A stretch of DNA of 64,000 nt from Phoronis australis. Lineage: Eukaryota > Animalia > Phoronida. A model generated the notes under the pieces. The model was not told the DNA's origin. It was given only the letters and a program-made list of their open reading frames with translations, and did not search any database. The stretch's first letter is position 1, and every line of letters starts with the position of its first letter. This document shows, piece by piece, positions 36,401 through 51,400 of the stretch. The stretch covers positions 1,384,442 through 1,448,441 of the forward strand of contig NMRA01000006.1 of NCBI GenBank assembly GCA_002633005.1, in the 5' to 3' direction. The position numbers were made by a program, and so were the translations under genes.

Positions 36401-39400
36401 GTCATCTGTGTAGAATGTCTGTGTAGCTGTCTTCTTGTAAGTAGATTTGACTTTCTGCATTGGATTTTTAGCTGATTTGGGTCTTTCAAAAACATCATAT
36501 ACCCGTGGTTTAGCATTGGCAATGATCTCTTCACGAGTCTTGGCACTAGATGGCCTCCAAGCTAATGTTTTTAGTTCCCCATTTTCGTCCTTATCTTTCG
36601 AAGATATTTCCTGGATATGTCAGTGAGTAATATTAGAAATGTAACATCATACTGATACTAAATGCTAAAGGCACTCTGCATTACCAAAAAGTCAGGATTA
36701 AATGTGATCATATTCTATCAGGACAAATTTCCAAAATTTCCATGTATTACAACAATTCTTTCTTTAGACCTTTTGCCCCATTTACAAGCAAAGTGAGTCC
36801 CTGATTTATGTATGCATTATACTGGAAGGGATATTTATCTAAAAATAAATGATAAGGAGTTTTCACCAGATAATAGATGAGTGTATTCACATGTCAAGCA
36901 AAAAATATCAAGCTCACCATTCTAGCAAGGGAAAGAGTTGTTTGTTTAGGTGGAGGTAACGCTTTAGGCAGTTTCCTGTCCGGAGATGGAAGTGCTTTGA
37001 GTTCTTCAAAGGAGTAGTTTAGCTACAAAGAAATCCAGAAAAATCAAATACAACACGCATGTTTATGAGTACTAAGTGTTTAAATCTGAATTCCTCCTTG
37101 CTGATCAGTTACATGGTAGCCATTAGTAGAACAGAATTTTTTTTACTTCAAATAACTTAAAGGTGAAATAAGCGTGAGACATAGTTTAAAAAAGAATCTT
37201 TGATCTCCAACCCAAACCTTTTGCAATCATGAAAACTAGTTATGTGTAAATCTTAAACCGGCGAGGAAATGTAGATCACAAAAAATTTTAAGACAGTCTG
37301 GTCAGCACGCCACCTGTTGGCCACATCACGTGACCTAATGAAAAGATTTTTACCAGTTGCGGTAGAAATGTTTTCAAACTTATACTCATTAGGTCACGTG
37401 ATGTGGCCAACAGGTGGCATGCTGACCAGATTTAATGTTTGCAAAACCTAAAATAGTTGTTCTATCCCCTCTCAATCGACAATAAAGGAAGTGATAGTTG
37501 GTTCATGCAATCCAATCAAAAGGCTCATGTCAGATCTGATAACATCAGATAACACTATGCAATATCCAGAACACAGTAGCCCAGTAGACATAGCCAGCTC
37601 CAACTAAAATGGCTCGTTGTGAATGAATTGCCCCAGCCTTTCCAGCAGCCTATCCACGGCTTACTGCACACAAAACAAAGGCTTCACTGACCTGCTCTTT
37701 TTTGTACTTTTTCTTCACCGTTCCCACCAACATGGCGCACTTCTGGGAGAAATTTACAGCCTTGTCTATCTCCAGTGATACTGCTTTCACGTCATCACTT
37801 TCGATGACACCTTTGGAACAAAAACGGAACTACGATAACGTCAAAACTACACGTTTCATGTGGCATGACACACTTTTGATACTTGCTATTAAGAAAAAAT
37901 CAAAGTGTATATTATTTACATCATACATGCTTCGAGATCTCGCACCTTTTTGTCAAATCATTTCCAATTTTGTTTTTTTTTTGTGAATTCAATAATATCA
38001 CTTCTCAGATGCAATAAGTCGAGTATATAAATTCACAAAAAAAATAAAAGTGGAAAAGATTTGACAAAAAGGGTATGATGTAATTATGCCAATAGGCATA
38101 AGGACTAATTTCATAATCTTCTCAAAAAAACAAAGACCCCACCTGTTTCCCTGAACCAGTGGAATCGTCCGTGCGAGCAGTGAGCCAGCGTGCGTAAACA
38201 GTTGGCTGTTGTCGTGATGTTAGCATATCGTCCAGGAATCGCTCCTTCACAGTCGTAGTCGTCAACATTGAACAGTACCGTGTGCAGCTTGAGATTCCTG
38301 CCAGCCACGGACTCCTCCACGAATGCGATGGTGACCTCTTCTGGCTGATCGGGAATGCCACTCGTGAATAAGTAAAGACCTTCCACGTCTGAAACATTTA
38401 GAGCACTTATCCTATAGAAACACTATGTGCATTGGACCTCTATTCAGTTTTGTTATTATGCAATTGGCAATTACATGCAATTACATGCAATAAGATGGAT
38501 GGTTTTAGTGAAGAGCATCCCTGTGCAGGGGAACAGATTTGTATTCTTTCTATTATCAGATAACAAAAAAGACCTTGTCTCAATCCGTACCACATAATCT
38601 ATGTCAGGACTTAACGTAACAAGTGCAATGAGAAAAGCGTACTCTCAAAGACACGATCAGTTATCTCAAAGTCATTTTAGACTTCATGTGCTGTATCAAT
38701 TCTATCCTTATTATTTTGAAATGAGAAAACAGCTTAGTTACCAGCAGGCATTTTGGCTGGCATTTAAGTCAATGTTGCAATCCTGAACCAGTTTCCACAT
38801 CGGAAGTTAAAAGGACTGGCTCAACACACAATTACAGGAACTCTCAGCACCATCAACATAGGAACACATTTTGCAGAACTTCAAATGTGAAGAAAACCTA
38901 ATTTACAGCTGTACGAATAGGTAACAAATATCAGCAATACTTAGCCATATCAAAGTGTGATCTAAGCAACACAACAGGTTCGTTTACGGAGAAAACAACT
39001 CATAGCAAATTTAAAGAAGTATAATTTAGTAGTAACACTACAGTTCATGAATTTGATCTGGATTTTGATGAGATCTGTTTTCTACTGCTGTCTTGCACGT
39101 ACTTATGTTGTGTTTAGCCTCTTCATCATTCTGAACAGCTGCCCTGATGGCTCCCAGAAAGTTCCTACTACCGCTACACTGCATGTCAAGGACAAACCTG
39201 GAAAACAAAGAATGTGATTTTAAAAGAAGTTTGTAACAATTGACACGAAATGCGTTCTTCCTAAAAACAACCAATGTTTGATGGTACATTTTTTCGTTAT
39301 ATGCCAATTGAAAATAAAATTTTAGTTAAAAAGTGCTAATTTGTGATAAAAGATTAATGACACAATTAACATTTTGGTTCAGTCAGTAGGCATGACAACC

Positions 39401-42400
39401 ATAATATCATTGTGAATTTTCACTTATAATTTGACCTATATTCCATATTCTGAAACCACACATACTACTTTCTTCCATCCTACAACTTTGTGGATGGTCT
39501 TGACTAAAAATGACATTCTCAAGAAAGGACAAAACATTGAATTTCAAGCCTTGTGAGACAATAATTAAAATGGACGTCAAAGACATTTAGACCCATAGAA
39601 CGAACAAAACAAATTAATACACAAAAGGCATTGATGAGCTAATCAATACAATTACAGAATTCTACAGTAAGATGCATGCATGCAAAACTAATTATGACAG
39701 TATGACTTAATATTAGATGTGCTGAATAATAAATAAATGCCAACTCTTACCTCCAGGCACTCTGTAAATTCTCCTCTGTTGGTTTCATCATTGTCGGCTT
39801 CCACTTTTGTACAGAGCTACCGAAGCTGAGAAACAACACAGGAGAAACTTGGGTAAAATAGACTGTATACAGACAGAGTATTGTAAATGTTTACGCTTAC
39901 TACCTGAAGGTGTCACTAGAGGGGATTAGTGTTTATTTCAACTCCGACAAAACTGACTTCTGTTGCAAGTAACCTATCAAGGGGCTGATTAATAATTCTG
40001 ATATCTGAATGATGAGGTGAAGTAAGTATTTCACAGGATATTTCAACTCCAAGACAAGACTTCTGTTTTATGTAATTCTGATTTCTGAAGTGTGAGGTGA
40101 TGAAAATATTTCACAAGGTATGTCAATTCCTAGTCCATAGAAGGTTACTTCCGACAGGTGGATGGTGCGGTAATTTTCCACTAATTGCACTCATGAATAA
40201 TTGTCAAAATTGTCATTTTTTAAATTTTCAAATGCCCATTACTTTGCTACAAATAACAAAAACTTTACCAAAGGTTGTTGTATAGCACCTATACAGTACA
40301 AACCATACAGTAATAGGCTAAATTTACCTTTTAAATTGATTGTCTATTTTTTAGGAGACAATTGACAATTGAGAACAGAATTTCACTTATCGGCCACATC
40401 GTGTGCTAAATAAATGAGGAATTACCCTCCTGATTTATACAAGAGAGTCATTGAAATAATGCAGACAATAATATGAACAAGGAGCAGAACATTATTAATA
40501 GCCTTCCACTCAACTCACCAGATGATGTTGAAGTACTCCTTGTTCAACATTTGTTGTTCCAGCAACAATCTCAGGGAGTGTTGAATGTGCACCAGGTAGT
40601 TGGTGTTGCATATTGACGTGTCCACCAGGATGACAACACTACAACAGAGGAGGCATGGAACTTTACTAATATAACTAAGGAGATTTTTATTAATGAAAAG
40701 AACCAACTTAGGATAATCTTTTCTTACAAAACTAGGGGAATTTTTGTTACTTGAAAAAAGGACAAAAACACGAACTTCAGCAACAAAACTAAGGGAATTC
40801 TTTAATTGTGAAAAAGGATTAAACATGAGCCTTAAAGTAACAAAACTAGGGAAATTATTTACTCTAACTTGAAAACAAATCAGGGTTGTGTGTGCAAAAT
40901 AGGTGGCGAATTAAAGTAAGAGATCTTGCAAGCATACATTGTCAACTTACTTTTTCTCCACAATCGTGCCAAATATCCGACGACTAGCGCTGGACAACCA
41001 GGCTATTCTCTGTTCATACAATTCAACAGTAGAAGCCAAGTGTTTCTGATACTCAAACATGTGACTCATATCCACGTGGACATTTCTGATGGAGCCATCA
41101 TGCCACTTGAACTGAGCCATGGCTTTCTGAAAGTTGAAGTATATTACACACATCATTGAAATTCGATGCCATTATTAAAATTATACTTAAAAATAATTCT
41201 GCCATAATTTGAAAGAATAACTGTTACAGCATTATGGCTTTATGCACATTGAAGTATTATGATGAAAATCCAACCTCAGGTATTTCCGAAACAAATGAAC
41301 ACGTCACATACTTTTCATTATCTAGTAAATCTTAAACTGGCGTGGAAATATGACTGAGGACAGAAATCTTTTCGGACTTATATTCATTAGGTCACGTGGG
41401 GTGGCCAATAGGTGGCATGCAGAACAGGCTTAAAAATGTTTATGAACTGACCATCATCATTCTTCAATATCACATTTTGAACAACAATGAATAAATTATT
41501 AATCCTTAATAATATATTTTATTGTAACAAATACAATATAATTATGCACAAGTCAATGATGACTTTTACAAAAAGGTACTACATACTAAGATAACCAAAT
41601 ATGCCATTGTTTTACACATCAATTTGTTGTGTTTGCATCTGTCCATAACCGCTCCATCTCCACGTTTTCAAATAAATAGACTCACCCCGTACACTTGAGA
41701 TTGCACCGTGCGCCTGATGACAGGTATGAACTCCTCTTTGTATGTGTACGCATTAGGAGCCAACACCTGATATAGATCCAAATGTTTGGCTTTCAGGCCG
41801 TTGCTAAGCAACCAGTCAGCTGAGGACTTGGGCTGAAACTTGGGTTCTTCTATCTGCAGTGGGTTTAAGTGCCCCGGGGGTCGGGGCAGAAATCTGGAGG
41901 TGGGTAACTTTGCCACCTCTTCAACAATCTGAAATTACAATTTAATGATTAGAACTTACAATATATGGCATTTGGATAGCTTTGTCACTACTGAGACTCT
42001 GTAAGAAATTTATTTATAAAGAGCAAAATACGGGTACCAAGCTTTGTAACATTGCTTATAATTCCAGAACTGTTAACTGAATATTCAAAAAATTTATACG
42101 GACTGTTAAAGAACACAAAATAGGTAGAAATTCATAACCACTGTAGAAAAAGTGGTTATGAATTTTCGTTCAGCAACCACGTCAACATCATGATATTATA
42201 TTTATTGTCCCACTATATTTGATTTGTTATTACGCGTTTGTAGCAGCTGTTATACATTATATTTATATCTTGCAAAAAACTTGGAGAGAAATAAAACAAA
42301 TTTGTTCAGAACAAGAAATTTTTGAAAGTGAACATAACATTATTGACTGTCTGTTTTAGAGCTTCAGGTACAGACTAGCATGTGTAAACATTTTAAGCTA

Positions 42401-45400
42401 CATAACTGTAAACGATGATTTCAAAAGTCAATTAACATAATTACAGGGTGCAGAAACAATAAGCGAGTGGACCTCTTGCACAGCACTAAGACACGAGGAA
42501 AGAAAAATACAGACAAGTCAAGTTTATCAATGTACACAAAGGAGATTTCCGTGCCACATTTGTGACTTTAAGGCAAAAATGCATCCATAAGCATTCATCC
42601 AATCCTTTCCTAGGGTTCAAAGCAAGACAACTCAACAAGAGGTGCATTTCGACTGAGAATCCCTATAATTAGAAAATGACATCATATACATAAAGCAGTT
42701 CTAATATGGTGGAATTGGTTCTTGCCAACCACGTCTATACCCAATATCTATGTCTAAAACAAACTCACTTCGTTTTCAATGCTAACAAGGGCAGTACCCA
42801 TCAGACCCTGTCTCATCTCCTTGATGCGATTGATGACGTCCTGCGCCTTTTTGATCTCCTTCAGTAGAGAGCTGATGTCCGTTCCAGAGTAGATCTGATC
42901 CTCACTGGCGGATGAATAACACTGGTATCGACCCTCTGAGGTCTCCGCCAGATTCCTCAGTGTGATCTGGTGAAGGAAAAAGTTGTACACATATTTTTCT
43001 TTTCAGCACTAACATTAAAATAAAAAACTATTGTCTTCATGGTTCGATAATTTATTTACACCAAAATTGCAACATCTCTGTCATAACTCTTTTGCAAATT
43101 TGAGAATGTCAGTGACAGTTTTGAAGTATAATGCAATCATATGGAAACTGGATTTGCAAGTATTGATTAAATTCTGGAGTTAACTAGGCTAAAAAGACAT
43201 GATTGGTTCTAGTCTACGGTCTTTTGAAAATCAAATCAGTGGTGAGGTATTTTTTAGTGGCTTACCGATATGGGCAAAGACAATGTCGAAGTTTTTGCTT
43301 GACGCTTGCAAAATTATGGTGCTCCAAACCTTGTTTACCCTTACTTATATGTTTTTGAGCAGATTTTCAAAAACACGAGAATGAAATTGACAGCACAAGT
43401 CAGTATAGCAACCATTACCAAGTTTGTTTTTTTTTGACCTTACTTGATCTCTGTTCTGTCAAGACACTTGACCTGCCACAAGTGTCAATAAATTTTTGTA
43501 TATGGTAATTTCAATTACTATTTAATACACTATCATTTTTAAATCATTAAAAATAAGATTTTTAATTGTTGTGCTATAAAAAATAACAAGTGAAACATGA
43601 AAACATAATATTAGGTAAGATATTTCAAACTAATATATTTTAATGTGAAGGAACTCACGTTAGTCAGGTGATTGCTGCAGTCATATGCCACGGTGTGTAG
43701 AGGCATTTCTTTGCCTACACCCATCTGGTGAACATAGTCACATAGAATATCAGAACTCTGGTCAGGCCTGAAAGGAAAGTAGTTGTCTCAATTATTCATA
43801 CTTGCAAGACAGATGATATCCTGCTAGATACTCATTTATTCATTAACACACTGCTCAGTATCAGATATTACAATGCATCACTTTCACATGACCTTCAATA
43901 AGGCTAACACAACTGAATTGTCAGTATTAATTACGGTAAACACACTATGCATATTATAAGCACTAATGAAATAAATTCAAAGTTCAAAAGAAACTGCCCA
44001 ATATCAAACATTCATGGAGATGATATCCCATTTTGGATTTGCACACTACCCAGTATCAGAAATAAAGAGATAACAACCCCGCAAGTATTTTCACACAGTT
44101 GAGTATCACGCACTCACAGATGACACTCCAAAGTGTACTTACACACTGCCCAGTATCAGACATATAGAGTTGATATCCTTCAGTTTCATAACATGCTTCA
44201 TTCCCTTCAACAGGTTACAGCCTCCACCTGCCTGTAGACCCATTACAAAACCCTTGGCTTCCTCCACACTGCAATAAAATAGCACCACCATCATGTAGTT
44301 ACCATGGACACAGTATATAGTTACCATGGACACAGTATACAGTTACCATGGACACAAACAAGGCACTAACAGAATGTCTGATTTAGGTGATTAGCATTTA
44401 CTTTACATTTGCAAACACACCTTTAAAAAAAAATTAAAAACTCAAACCATTATGCAATTTTTCAAGTCCTGCATCCGTGTTTCTAAGACAAAAACTGAGG
44501 CATTGAGCAATAACAAATACCCAAAAAGGTCAGTTACTGTACAGCAGTTGCTCCAACACACTGCCTCTCAATACAATGCTTACAACACAAAACCTACTCA
44601 CGTTCTCACATTGACCTCTCGGACTGCGTTCCACAGTGACTTTGTGTCGGTGCCAAATGACATCAAGTATAATTTTTTCTTCTGTGACAACTGCTCGTCA
44701 ATGAGGTGCTAAAAGAATTGCCAAAATTATTCAGTTAATGGTCACGACATAGTAGACTAGCACTGCACCTAGTAAAAGCATTTATAGTTTTACATAGTAG
44801 ACTAGCACTGCACCTAGTAAAAGCATTTATATTTTTACATAGTAGACTAGCACTGCACCTAATAAAAAATATTCACGTTTTACATCTTTTTCAAGATCTT
44901 CTACATCGACGTCTGGAAAATCAAGAGTGAATGCCTAAAAAAGTGGTTTCCTGTATCATTTGCACGCCTAATGATACACAGCATTCGGTGTAGTAACTCG
45001 CTTACTCATACACTGCGTTCTTGCCGTTCCACAGAAAATCTGAAAACTCTGACAACCTATCACTCATTGACAAAGAATTGTAAAGTGCAGTTTGAAAGAT
45101 ATGAAACAGCAAGAATGCCATCTCTGAAAAACCGAATCACTTTTCCAAGGGTCCACCAGAGACTACGAATAAACTTTTTTATCAACCACTGGGCTGTAAA
45201 CTGCATAAACTTACTTACCAACAAAGACTCCTGGAATGCTGACAGCCTCCCAAATCCACAGTTGGCATCAGAGGAGTCAATACACACAGCAACCTTTGTT
45301 CCCTTCACTAAGCCAAATACCTGCATGAAAATGTGAAAATGTGAAAATCAACAGGATAAGGCTATAATTCATTAAAACAGATCTGTACTCCTTATTGATT

Positions 45401-48400
45401 GAGATGTTCAACGTTACCATGAATGCAGGCAATGTTTAATAAGTCCTAACTTAACAGAAAATGTATAATTAATAAAATTGTGATGGGTAAGTCATAATGC
45501 TATTAAAAAATTAAGCCATATATGGCAAAGAAACCATGACGACCTGCCCTCTATGATTAGGGATTGTGATTTGCCTTTGAAAATTTTGAACGCGCAAGTC
45601 CTCATGCTAAATATTGACGACCTTTGTAATGCAAGTGACGCACACAAAATCAAATCACAAATCAAGTTACTTACCCTTTTACTTCCATTTAATAACCACT
45701 TTATCCTTTTGGTGAACATTTCAATACACCTGCAATTTCATACCAAGATCAAGTTACAACTTGCACAACAAGAAAAAGCAACACTCACAAAACACAAGAA
45801 GACTGTGTGCTGGTTGTAGCTAAGACGATCATTGGCATGTTATTGTTAAATTAATGCAAAGCAGCATTTCTACATCAGCAAACACAGAACTACAGAGATG
45901 TCAACTTGCATGAAGTCCAAATTTTAAGCCACAAACAACTAATAAACTGTGTGCCAATATGAAGACAAGACACATCTAAGAAATGAATGGATTCACGACC
46001 TCCATCAAAATGGACCCCTGATCAATAATGAACAAAGATTTGACCAGATAATACAATGAGACAGCCAAACATTGCATGACGCTCGGTGTGGAGCGGCCAA
46101 AAAGTCTGAGATTGCTTTGAGCAAAGAATTTCAAGAAGAAGGGTTCTAAATTAATGCAACTACACAATGAAAACTGTTACCTGTTCAACAAAAATCAATG
46201 ACATGTAGAAAACGTCAAATTAATGAATATCGATAAATGAAAACTCAATCTCCCCTAACAAGTAGTAGTACGCTATAGGGTTGTATACTCACATGTGACA
46301 TTTGTATTCAAATTCGTTAATAGTGGCAGCATCAAAATGCAATTGTTGCCGAACTTGCCCGTCCTTATGCACGGGTCTGTAAAATGAGAAATCAAATATC
46401 ATCTATGAACACAGTCTAGGAGGTACCACTAGGACTGGTGCCTTTTAATTTTGATCAGCTCAAAGTTGTGTTGATTTTCATCAACAGGGCACAAAACATG
46501 TGAGGAGGCGTCACCGAACTGTATATTCTACACAAAGAGCCTTTTTGCAAGGTAACAGATTTGCCACACCCCCCCCCCTCCCCCCAGTAAAAATTCAAAC
46601 AGAACATATCCAACATTTCACAATTTCACATGAATGCGAATTTTACAAATAAATAGCATTAGTATGGGAGTATTTTATACAATTTTAATCTGTTTACATC
46701 TCGCTACTTAATAGCTCATTGCTTTTAACATATAAATACACTTCCGTGTCCAAAGTTCCATTAGACCAACAAGAACAATAATAAACTTCAAATACCAAAA
46801 CTATGGGTACTACTTACTTGCCCACCCTTCCTTTTGCGACTAGATCCTTTAAGGTCAGTTTCATCTCATCCATACTGTGATTCTGCAGCCATTCCTCTGA
46901 TGTCTGCGCCTCAGCATCGGCCGCGTCCACCCCGCGAGCTCGCTGCAATGTGGACATACCTTCTTTATAACAGTCAATAAACAAATGGCGTGGACACGCC
47001 TGAAGTTTTTCTGAACACACCTGGTTTATGTGGACACGCCTTTTTTGCAATAGAGGTGTGTTCCGTAAGCGCAAGAAAATGATTGTGAGAAAAGCTAGTG
47101 TAATAATGCACTTTTATTTGTCGGTATAATGCACAGGGATATCTCGCAAAGACGTGCATGATCTTGCGTTTTTGAGAGTTTTTTACCCATATGGAACATA
47201 GCTCGCAGCCCAAATAATGAACCAACGGTGAGGACAACATTACATTAAGTGTGTATGCCTAGCTTACTTTATTGTGATACACTTACTTAGCGTCAACTGG
47301 AAATTAAGGCCTACTTTAGCAATAAAACAAAAAGTGAGGACAACTTTAACTCACGTGGACACATCTCACTTAACAATAAGACATAGACAGTGATGAATGA
47401 GATGATATATTCCCAGCCAGTGGACAAGGGCCAGATACAAAACTTGAGATAGCTATGGTGTTAACATAACACTTCAACACATTGTCCTTCATATCCATTC
47501 ACACATGTATGTCTAGTGTGTAACACTTCTATTGTTCATGAGACAACGTGTCCACTGAACCAGTACATTTGATGAAATCAAGACCTTCTGTACCACCTTG
47601 TGAATACTTAGGCATGAGAACCTTTTGTCAGAAATGTTGTTACCCAAACAAAATAAATGTAACAACAGTAAAACTTGCACTGGTCAGACATGCATAAGTC
47701 CAAAGTTCAGTGGTATACAACTGTTCTGGTTTAAGTAATCTGGTCTTCAGATAAGTTGATGAAATCTCTCAGTCCGGGTGAATCCCATTTATGCGAGTAT
47801 TTCTGCATACAAAAATCTTGGGCATTTCATAATTAACACAGACAACAAATTCAAACGAGAGCGCTCGGAGGAGCGACACTTGGCGGAACTAATCGAAAAG
47901 ACGACGATGAGGGAGACGACGACAATCAAGACGATCACGGCGGCAATTATGAATAAGACGATAACACGATAACATTCATGTGACTAGCGAAGAAATCAAA
48001 TAGAGAGCAGACAATCAACTACAATAAAGAAAGAGCAGACAATTAACTACAATAAAAGATAGCGCAACATGACGGACGAGCCATGCTTTGTTCCCGCAAT
48101 CCAAAATAGGTGGCACTATGTGACAGTCTGCAGAGCAAAGTTATGTTTACAATAGTATTTCGCCTGGAATTCCAGTCTACAGTACGACAGTGCTACCTGG
48201 GTCAGTCGGGGTCAAAACTCTCTGTTAACTTGTGCAGACATAAACAAAACAAAGTGAACTGAAAGCCAGCCAGCTGAGTGCATACGTGACCGAAGGACCA
48301 ACGGTATCCGAAAATCTCGAATAATTCAAAAAGTAGACGTCGTAGCGCAAAATGGAAATTATCATCTGAAAGCCCGTTCAAAACTCTATCTAAAATGGTA

Positions 48401-51400
48401 GTTTGGCAAACACGATAACGTTCATGTGACTAGCGACGAAATCAAATAGAGAGCATACAATCAACTACAATAAAGAACGATAGATGGCGCCACATGACGG
48501 TCCAGTCTACAGTAGAACAGTGCTGGCTGGGTCAGTCTGGGTCAACTAGGCATAATCAAAACAAAGTGAACTGAAAGCCAGCCNCAATCAGAACCAAGTT
48601 TGCTTTTTTTAACCTTACTTGATGTCTGTTCAGTCAAAACACTTCACCTGCCACAAGTGTCTATAAAGTTATGGTAATTTCAATTGCTATTTAATATACT
48701 ATCATTTTGAAATCATTAAAAATAAGATTTCTAATTGTTGTGATACAAAAGTTAACAAGTCAAACATGAAAACATATTTCTTAATGTGAAGGAACTCACA
48801 TTAGTCAGGTGATTGCTGCAATCATACGCCACAGTGTGTAGAGGCATTTCTTTGCCTACACCCATTTGATGAACATAGTCACATAGAATATCAGAACTCT
48901 GGTCAGGCCTGAAAGGAAAGTAGTTGTCTTTAGTTATTGTTACTTGCAAGACAGATGATATCTTGTCAGATACTCATTTATTCATTTACACAGTGCCCAG
49001 TATCAGATATTACGATACTTCCCTTTCACATGACCTTCAATGAGGCTAATACAACTGAATAGTCAGTATTAAGGTAAACACACTATGCATAAATTAAAAA
49101 ATAATGAGATAAATCCAAAGTTCAAAAGAAACTGTCCAACATCAAACATTCACGAAAATGATATCCCATTTTGCATTTGCACACTACCCAGAGATAAAGA
49201 GATAACAAAACTCACAGGTGTTCTCACACAATTGAGTATCACGCACTCACAAATGACACTCCAAAGTGTACTTACACACTGCCCAGTATCAGACATATAG
49301 AGTTGATATCCTTCAGTTTCATAACATGCTTCATTCCCTTCAACAAGTTACAGCCTCCACCTGCTTGTAGACCCATTACAAAACCCTTGGCTTCCTCCAC
49401 ACTGCAATAAAATAGCACCACCATCATGTAGTTACCATGGACACAGTATACAGTTACCATGGACACAAACAAGGCACTATCAGACTGTCTGATTTAGGCA
49501 ATAAGCACTTACTTAACATTCCCAAACACACCTTTAAACAAAAACTAATTACAAAATTCAAACCATTATGCAATTTTTCAAGTCCTGCATCCATGTTTCT
49601 AGGACAAAAACTGAGGCATTGAGCAATAACAAATACCACCCAAAAAACGACTGTTGCTCCACCACTTTGTCTCTCAATACAATGCATACAACACAAAACC
49701 TACTCACGTTCTCACATTGACCTCTCGGACTGCATTCCACAGTGACTTTGTGTCGGTGCCAAACGACATCAGGTATAATTTTTTCTTCTGTGACAACTGC
49801 TCATCAATGAGGTGCTAAAAGAATTTTAGAAAAAATTATTTAGTTAATGGTCATGACATAGTAGGCTAGCACTGAACCTAGTAAAAGCATTTATATTTTT
49901 ACATCTTATTCAACATCATCTACACCGACCTCTGGCAAATCAAGAATGAACGCCTGGAAAATATGTTTCCTATATCATCTGTACCCTTAATGAAACTTTT
50001 ATGACCAAACACTGGGTTAATTAATTTACTTAATAGGACTCAGAGACTGCGTTCAGAACAGCCGGTAACACCGACAATCCATTATTCATTGACAGAGGAT
50101 TGTAGAGCGCTCTTCAAAATGTATAAAACAGTAACAACGCCATCTCTGAGTAAGCGAATTACTTTACCCTACCTCCAGCAGAGACTACGAGAAAACTTTT
50201 TTTCTGTCAACCACTGAATGTAAACTGCATGAATTTACTCACCAACAAAGACTCCTGGAATGCTGACAGTCTCCCAAATCCACAGTTGGCATCAGAGGAG
50301 TCGATACACACAGCAACCTTTGTTCCCTTCACTAAGCCAAATACCTGCATGAAAATGTGAAAATCAACAGGATAAGCCTAGCATTCATTAAGACAGATCT
50401 GTTGTCGTCATTGATTGACATGTTCAATGTTATCACGAATGCAGGCAATGCTTAATAAGTCCTAACTTAACAGAAAATGAGTAACTAATAAAACTGTGAT
50501 GGGTAAGTCAAAATGCTACTAAAAAATTAACCCATATATGGCAAAGAAACCATGATGACCTGCCCTCTATGATCAGGGATTGTGATTTATCTTTGAAAAT
50601 TTTGAACGCACAAGTCCTCATGTTAAATACTGACGACCTTTGTAATGCGACGCACACAATATCAAATTACAAACTAAGTTACATACCCTTTTGCTTCCGT
50701 TTAATAACCACTTTATCCTTTTGGTGAACATTTCAATACACCTGCAATTTCATACCAAGGTGGAGGGTTATAACTTAACAAGAAAAAGCAACACTCACAA
50801 AACACAAGAGGGAATCTTTTTTTTCTATTGAAGACTGTGTGTCTGGTTGTAGCTAAGACGATCATTGGCATGTTATTGTTAAATTAATGCAAAGCAGCAT
50901 TTCTACATCAGCAAACACAGAACTACAGAGATGTCAACTTGCATGAAGTCCAAATTTTAAGCCACAAACAACTAATAAACTGTGTGCCAATATAAAGACA
51001 AGACACATCTAAGAAATGAATGGATTCACGACCTCCATCAAAATGGACCCCTGATCAATAATGAACAAAGATTTGATGAGATAATACAATGAAACTGCCA
51101 AACATTGCATGACGCTCGGTGTGGAGCAGCCAAAAAGTCTGAGATTGCTTTGAGCAAAGAATTTCAAGAAGAAGGGTTCTAAATTAATGCAACTACACAA
51201 TGAAAACTGTTACCTGTTCAACAAAAATCAATGGCATGTAGAGAACGGCAAATTAATGAATATCGATAAATGAAAACTCAATCTCCCCTAACAAGTAGTA
51301 GTACGCTATAGGGTTGTATACTCACATGTGACATTTGTATTCAAATTCGTTAATAGTGGCAGCATCAAAATGCAATTGTTGCCGAACTTGCCCATCCTTA

